The notes beneath the pieces are model-generated. The model worked only from the letters and a program-made list of their open reading frames with translations. It did not search any database and was not told where the DNA came from. Shown piece after piece: positions 59,509 through 64,000 of a stretch of DNA of 64,000 nt; within the stretch, counting starts at the first letter, position 1; every line of letters starts with the position of its first letter. This stretch comes from Candidatus Fervidifonticultor sextus. GTDB lineage: Bacteria; Sysuimicrobiota; Sysuimicrobiia; Sysuimicrobiales; Humicultoraceae. The position numbers and the translations under genes are program-made. The stretch spans positions 1-64,000 of the forward strand of contig JAVKHQ010000004.1 in NCBI GenBank assembly GCA_031459875.1. Reading direction: 5' to 3'.

Positions 59509-59985
59509 TCAGCGCGCCGGCACGGGACGCCGCTTCGCGGTGCGGGCCCGCCGGCCCGGCCGCGGACGCTTCTGACCGTCCTTGGCCGGGAGGGTCTCCT
59601 CCCAGGTCACGATGCTGTGGTAGAACTGGCGGTCGCCTTCCTCGAGCCCGCGCGTGACTTCGGTGATGTGCATCGAGTTCGCGCCGAACTCCTTGAGGGC
59701 GTACTCGACGGCGGCTTCGGGCCTGGCCTCGCTGCCGCAGGTGAAGATGTCGAGGGCCACGTACCCGTACTCCGGCCACGTGTGCACCGACAGGTGCGAC
59801 TCGGAGATGACGACGACACCGGAGACGCCGTTGGGAGAGAATCGGTGGAATGAGATAGACCAGACCGTGACGCCCGCGACCTCGGCCGCCCGCACCAGGA
59901 TCTGCTCGACGGTCTCGACCTTCCCGATGATCTCGGGGTTGCAGCCGGAGGCCTCCGCGATATAGTGATGCCCGACCGGTTCCAT
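59509..59985 (-). CDS. speD: S-adenosylmethionine decarboxylase proenzyme
   Basis: SESHLSVHTWPE, DIFTCG. Confidence 0.9.
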   Translation of the reverse strand: MEPVGHHYIAEASGCNPEIIGKVETVEQILVRAAEVAGVTVWSISFHRFSPNGVSGVVVISESHLSVHTWPEYGYVALDIFTCGSEARPEAAVEYALKEFGANSMHITEVTRGLEEGDRQFYHSIVTWEETLPAKDGQKRPRPGRRARTAKRRPVPAR

Positions 59986-60026
59986 CTCCCACCTCCCCCA
60001 GGGCGCAGTTCCTCGACCGAAGTCCA

Positions 60027-60055
60027 ATACTAGAATCCCGTGGGCAACCCGTCAA
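60027..60055 (-). promoter_or_regulatory. Sigma-70 promoter of speD
   Basis: TTGACG-N17-TAGTAT. Confidence 0.6.
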
Positions 60056-60101
60056 CGTGTTCTCCGCGACGGTCACAAACCCCTGGGATCGCGGAGTTCG
60101 C

Positions 60102-60992
60102 CTAGATCCGCATCTTGGGGTCGAGCGCGTCCCGGATGGCGTCGCCCAGCAGATTGAACCCCAGCACGGTCAGCATGATGGCCAGTCCGGGGAAGGTGAC
60201 GCTGTGCCATGCCAGTCGGATGTACTGCCGGGCGTTGCTGAGCATGGCACCCCACTCCGCCGTCGGGGGCTGGGCGCCCAGACCGAGGAACCCCAACGCC
60301 GCAGCCGAGAGGATCGCCGAGGCGACCTGCAGGGTGGACTGGACGATGATGACGGCCAGCGTGTTGGGCAGCACGTGGCGCCAGATGATCCGGCCCCCGG
60401 TGGCGCCCAGGGCACGCGCGGCATCCACGAACTCCTGGGCACGCAGGGACAGGACCTGGCCGCGCACCAGTCGGGCGTACGTGGGGATCGAGACGATACC
60501 CACCGCCACCATGACCTGGACGAGCCCGACGCCCAATATCGCCACCAGCACGATGGCCAGCAGGATGCCCGGGAAGGCCAGCATGATGTCGATCAGCCGC
60601 TGCACCAGCAGGTCCACCCGACCGCCGACGTACCCGGAGACGGCCCCAATCGGGACGCCGAAGCCCACGCCGATGGAAACGGCGATGACCCCGATGATCA
60701 GCGAGAGACGCGCCCCGTAGATGATCCGGCTGAGCAGGTCGCGGCCGAGTTCGTCCTGGCCCAGCCAGTGGGCGCGGCTGGGTCTCTTCAGGCCGCCTTC
60801 CAGATCGATCTCGTAGGGATCGTAGGGGGCCAGCACGGGCGCGAACAGCCCGGCACCCAGAAACGCCATCAGGATCGCCAGGCCGATCAACCCGGCGCGG
60901 TTGCGCCGGAACTGGGCCCAGACCACGCGGAACCGGCTGCGCCCGGGCCGCAGGATCGTCTCGGCCCGCACTGCCGGCGTCGCCGTCACCAT
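60102..60992 (-). CDS. Peptide/nickel ABC permease (DppC-like)
   Basis: HWLGQDELGRD, RHVLPN, PPTAEWG. Confidence 0.92.
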   Translation of the reverse strand: MVTATPAVRAETILRPGRSRFRVVWAQFRRNRAGLIGLAILMAFLGAGLFAPVLAPYDPYEIDLEGGLKRPSRAHWLGQDELGRDLLSRIIYGARLSLIIGVIAVSIGVGFGVPIGAVSGYVGGRVDLLVQRLIDIMLAFPGILLAIVLVAILGVGLVQVMVAVGIVSIPTYARLVRGQVLSLRAQEFVDAARALGATGGRIIWRHVLPNTLAVIIVQSTLQVASAILSAAALGFLGLGAQPPTAEWGAMLSNARQYIRLAWHSVTFPGLAIMLTVLGFNLLGDAIRDALDPKMRI

Positions 60993-61028
60993 GCCGGCTC
61001 CTCCGGGCGGGCTGATGCCGACGGCGCG

Positions 61029-61949
61029 TCACTCATAGTGAATCCGCGGGTCCACCGCGGCGTACAGGACGTCGACGGCGAGGTTGACCAGCACGAATGC
61101 CAGCGCGACGACCAGGACCGCGGCCTGCACGATGGGGTAGTCGCGGGCCAGGATCCCCTCCACGAGCAGCCGGCCGATCCCCGGCCAGGCGAACACGCTC
61201 TCGGTCAGCACCGCGCCCGACAGCAGTGTCCCCATCTGCAGCCCCACCACCGTGATGACCGGGATGAGGGCGTTGCGGAGGGCGTGCCGGTTGACGACCA
61301 CGTGCTCCGCCAGGCCTTTGGCGCGGGCGGTCCGGATGTAGTCGGACCGCAGGACCTCCAGCATGCTGGATCGGGTCATCCGCGCGATGATGGCCGCGGT
61401 CGCCATCCCCACCGTGATGGCGGGCAGGACCAGGTGAGCCAGCGTCTCGGTCCCGACGGCCGGCAGCCACCCCAGGCGGACGGCAAAGATGAGGATCAGC
61501 ATCAGCCCGGACCAGAAGACCGGCATCGAGAGTCCCACAAGGGCGACCAGCATGACCGCCGAGTCGACGACCGAGTAGGGACGGATGGCCGAGACGACCC
61601 CGGCAGTCACGCCGACGCTGACAGCGACGACCAGTCCGGCGATCGTCAGACGCACGGTGTTGGGAATGCGGGCCCACAGTTCCTCCGACACCGGCGCCTT
61701 CGAGCGGATCGAACGGCCCAGGTCGCCCCGCAGCAGACTAGCCATGAAGGTCCCAAACTGCTCCAGCAGCGGCCGGTCGAGCCCCAGGTCTTTGCGGATC
61801 GCCTCCACGAACTCCTTGGTGGCCGTCTCCCCCGCAATGATCTGGGCCGGATCACCCGGGACGATCCGCACCATCGCGAAGACCACGAAGGCCACGCCGA
61901 AGATGACGGGGACGGTCAGCAACAGCCGCTTGGCGATGTAGGCCCACAT
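61029..61949 (-). CDS. Peptide/nickel ABC permease (DppB-like)
   Basis: PGDPA, DYIRTARAKGL, HALRNA, RDYP. Confidence 0.92.
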   Translation of the reverse strand: MWAYIAKRLLLTVPVIFGVAFVVFAMVRIVPGDPAQIIAGETATKEFVEAIRKDLGLDRPLLEQFGTFMASLLRGDLGRSIRSKAPVSEELWARIPNTVRLTIAGLVVAVSVGVTAGVVSAIRPYSVVDSAVMLVALVGLSMPVFWSGLMLILIFAVRLGWLPAVGTETLAHLVLPAITVGMATAAIIARMTRSSMLEVLRSDYIRTARAKGLAEHVVVNRHALRNALIPVITVVGLQMGTLLSGAVLTESVFAWPGIGRLLVEGILARDYPIVQAAVLVVALAFVLVNLAVDVLYAAVDPRIHYE

Positions 61950-61964
61950 GGTCCGCAGGCGAGA

Positions 61965-61994
61965 GGGGGAGAGGGACCGGAGCCCCTCTCCCCC
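61965..61994. terminator. Intercistronic stem-loop after the SBP gene
   Basis: GGGGGAGAGGG / CCCTCTCCCCC inverted repeat; no U-tract. Confidence 0.5.
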
Positions 61995-62019
61995 CGGACG
62001 TCCTAGACGCCCACCGGCC

Positions 62020-63582
62020 CTAGCGCCGCAGCCAGGCCTTGTGCGCCATCACCCGCTCCGCCGGATGCACCACCACGTCGGCCACGACGTTGCGGACGCC
62101 GGTCACCTGGGACTCGCTGTGCAGGAACAGCCAGGCGGCGTCGTCCATGATGAGCCGCATGGCCTCCGCGTAGATCCGGTTGCGCTCGGCTTGGTCCACC
62201 GTGATGCGGCCGCGGTCGAGGAGGGCATCCACCTGCGGGTTCTGGTAGAAGCCGCGGTTGAAGCCCACAGGCGGGAACTGCGATGAGTGGAACAGGGCGT
62301 AGAGACCGTAGTCCGCATCGCCGGTCACGGTCCCCCACCCCAGCATGTACATCTGGATGTCGTTCTGCTCCTTCGGCCGGGCGGTCAGCGCGATGTAGGC
62401 TCCGAACTCCAGGGTCCGAAGTTCCAGTTCGATGCCCACCCGTCGGGCGAGCCCCTGGATGCTGGCGGCGATCTCGGCGTCGCGGATGTACCGGCCCGTG
62501 GGATGGTGGAACACCGCCCGCAGCGGCCGCGCCCGGCTATAGCCGGCCTCGCGCAGCAGCGCTTCCGCGCGTTCCAGGTCCCAGGGGTACTGCATAATCT
62601 TGGAGTAACCCTGGACGTTGGGCGCGATGGGCGCGTCCGAGACCCGGGCCGTTCCGGCCAGGGCGGACTTGACGATCGCCTCCTTGTTGATGGCGTAGTT
62701 CAGCGCCTGCCGGAGCCGCTTGTCGGTGAACGGCGGCCGCGAGACGTTGAAGGCCGTGTAGATCGTCCGCAGGCTGGTGTCGATCCGAACGGTGAGGTCG
62801 CGGCTCCCCCGCAGCCGCTCGATCTCCCGCGGCGGCACGCGCACCGCCACGTGGAGCGAGCCCGCCTCCAGGGCCGCCAGCCGGGCCCCGTCGTCGGGGA
62901 TGACGCGGAACTGCACCTCATCGAGCAGGGCTTTCTCGCCCCAGTAGTCGTCGTTGCGGGTGACGACCACGCGGTCGCCGCGCACCCACTCCTTGAACCT
63001 GAAGGCGCCGGTGCCCACGGGCTGACGGGCATAGTCGGCGCCCAGCCGGCGGATGGCGGTCGGGCTCTGGATCCCCGTCCCGCTGTGGGTCAGGTGCGCC
63101 AGCAGCGGGGCAAACGGCGCGTCGGTCACCAGCCGCACCGTCGTGGGGTCGACCGCCGTGACCTGGGTCACCCGGCTGATCAAAAACCGCCAGGGCGCCC
63201 GGGTGGCCGGGTCGAGGATCCGGTCCAGGTTGAACTTGACGGCCTCCGCGTCGAACGCCGTCCCGTCGTGGAACCGAACGCCCGACCGCAGCCGGATCGT
63301 CCAGGTGCGGCCGTCGGGCGCCACGGTGAACGCCGTGGCCAGGCGGGGCAACACCCGTCCTTCCGGGGACAGTTCGAAGAGCGTCTCCACCATGTGCTCC
63401 ATGATGGTGGCGGTGGGCGCATCGGTGTAGAGGTGGCCGTCCAGGGTCGTGGCGTCCGTGCCGGACCCGATGATCAGGACGCCGCCTCGCTGCGGGGCAG
63501 GTCCCGCGGGGGCGGCTGCGGCCGAGTACCCCAGGGCCCCGACCAGTGCCGTCGTGATGAGCCACATCAGGAATCTGCGCAC
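62020..63582 (-). CDS. Peptide ABC substrate-binding protein (family 5, GsiB/DppA-like)
   Basis: LRSGVRFHDGTAFDAEAVKFN, PVGTGAF, RQALNYAIN, GWGTVTGDAD. Confidence 0.92.
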   Translation of the reverse strand: MRRFLMWLITTALVGALGYSAAAAPAGPAPQRGGVLIIGSGTDATTLDGHLYTDAPTATIMEHMVETLFELSPEGRVLPRLATAFTVAPDGRTWTIRLRSGVRFHDGTAFDAEAVKFNLDRILDPATRAPWRFLISRVTQVTAVDPTTVRLVTDAPFAPLLAHLTHSGTGIQSPTAIRRLGADYARQPVGTGAFRFKEWVRGDRVVVTRNDDYWGEKALLDEVQFRVIPDDGARLAALEAGSLHVAVRVPPREIERLRGSRDLTVRIDTSLRTIYTAFNVSRPPFTDKRLRQALNYAINKEAIVKSALAGTARVSDAPIAPNVQGYSKIMQYPWDLERAEALLREAGYSRARPLRAVFHHPTGRYIRDAEIAASIQGLARRVGIELELRTLEFGAYIALTARPKEQNDIQMYMLGWGTVTGDADYGLYALFHSSQFPPVGFNRGFYQNPQVDALLDRGRITVDQAERNRIYAEAMRLIMDDAAWLFLHSESQVTGVRNVVADVVVHPAERVMAHKAWLRR

Positions 63583-63683
63583 GCGATCTGATCCCTCCTT
63601 TAGAGTCCTCTGTCCAGGATCGAGCAATCACTGATGTGCTTCCCGCTGGCTTCCTCCTCACTCTCCCTGCGGTGGGGATGGTA

Positions 63684-64000
63684 CTAAAACCACCGACGAA
63701 TGGCAACGGCCGCGCCGCCGGCTGCCAGCGTCACCATCACGCCGGCGACCACCACGCCCAGGGCCACGGCCGCCATCGCCGGCCAGCGGCGCAGCCCGAG
63801 CAACCAGGCCAGCGTGACCCCGGAGTAGGCGCCGGTGCCGGGCAGCGGGACCGCCACGAACAGGGTCAGGCCCAGCAGTTCATAGCGCTCGACCAGGCTC
63901 GCGCCCCTGGCCCGCACCCCCTCGACCAGCCGTCGCAACAGGGCGATGCGGGAGAGCCAGCGGTCGTAGAAGAGTTCCAAGGCGTAGTAGCTCGGGGCGA
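63684..64000 (-). CDS. COG2426-type small membrane protein (5' end outside window)
   Basis: GLTLFVAVPLPGTGAYSG motif. Confidence 0.75.
   Translation of the reverse strand, partial: APSYYALELFYDRWLSRIALLRRLVEGVRARGASLVERYELLGLTLFVAVPLPGTGAYSGVTLAWLLGLRRWPAMAAVALGVVVAGVMVTLAAGGAAVAIRRWF

Overview
High-GC, gene-dense bacterial chromosomal window from a diderm Terrabacteria-like lineage (Armatimonadota/CSP1-3-like by inference). Most genes are on the minus strand. 1-16 kb is an outer-membrane biogenesis cluster: lpxD, three Skp/OmpH genes, an unknown OM protein, bamA, a sigma factor with a partner gene, tamB and two SpoIVB-like S55 peptidases. It is preceded by wecB, a wecA/tagO-like gene, prs and glmU. 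20.8-27.7 kb is an accessory patch next to tRNA-Gln(TTG) that includes a decayed MalT/BTAD regulator. 29.5-39.4 kb is a sulfur/iron/redox locus: Fe(III) ABC transporter, lipB, a CysO-like sulfur carrier, a ParB/Srx-fold protein, cysM, mec (JAMM), Rrf2 and sigR/rsrA, divergent from Fur- and DtxR-family regulators. Beyond this lie a stand-alone TrpB2 under a Trp-specifier T-box riboswitch, housekeeping and metabolic genes, speD and a peptide ABC transporter. The best candidate for an undescribed system is the SbnI/SerK-like free-serine kinase, translationally coupled between a C-terminally capped CysO and CysM. It suggests a self-contained route from serine via O-phosphoserine and CysO-thiocarboxylate to cysteine, possibly also feeding the O-phosphoserine-dependent TrpB2. 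No CRISPR array, rRNA, integrase or transposase was seen. All family assignments come from recalled motifs, not database searches.
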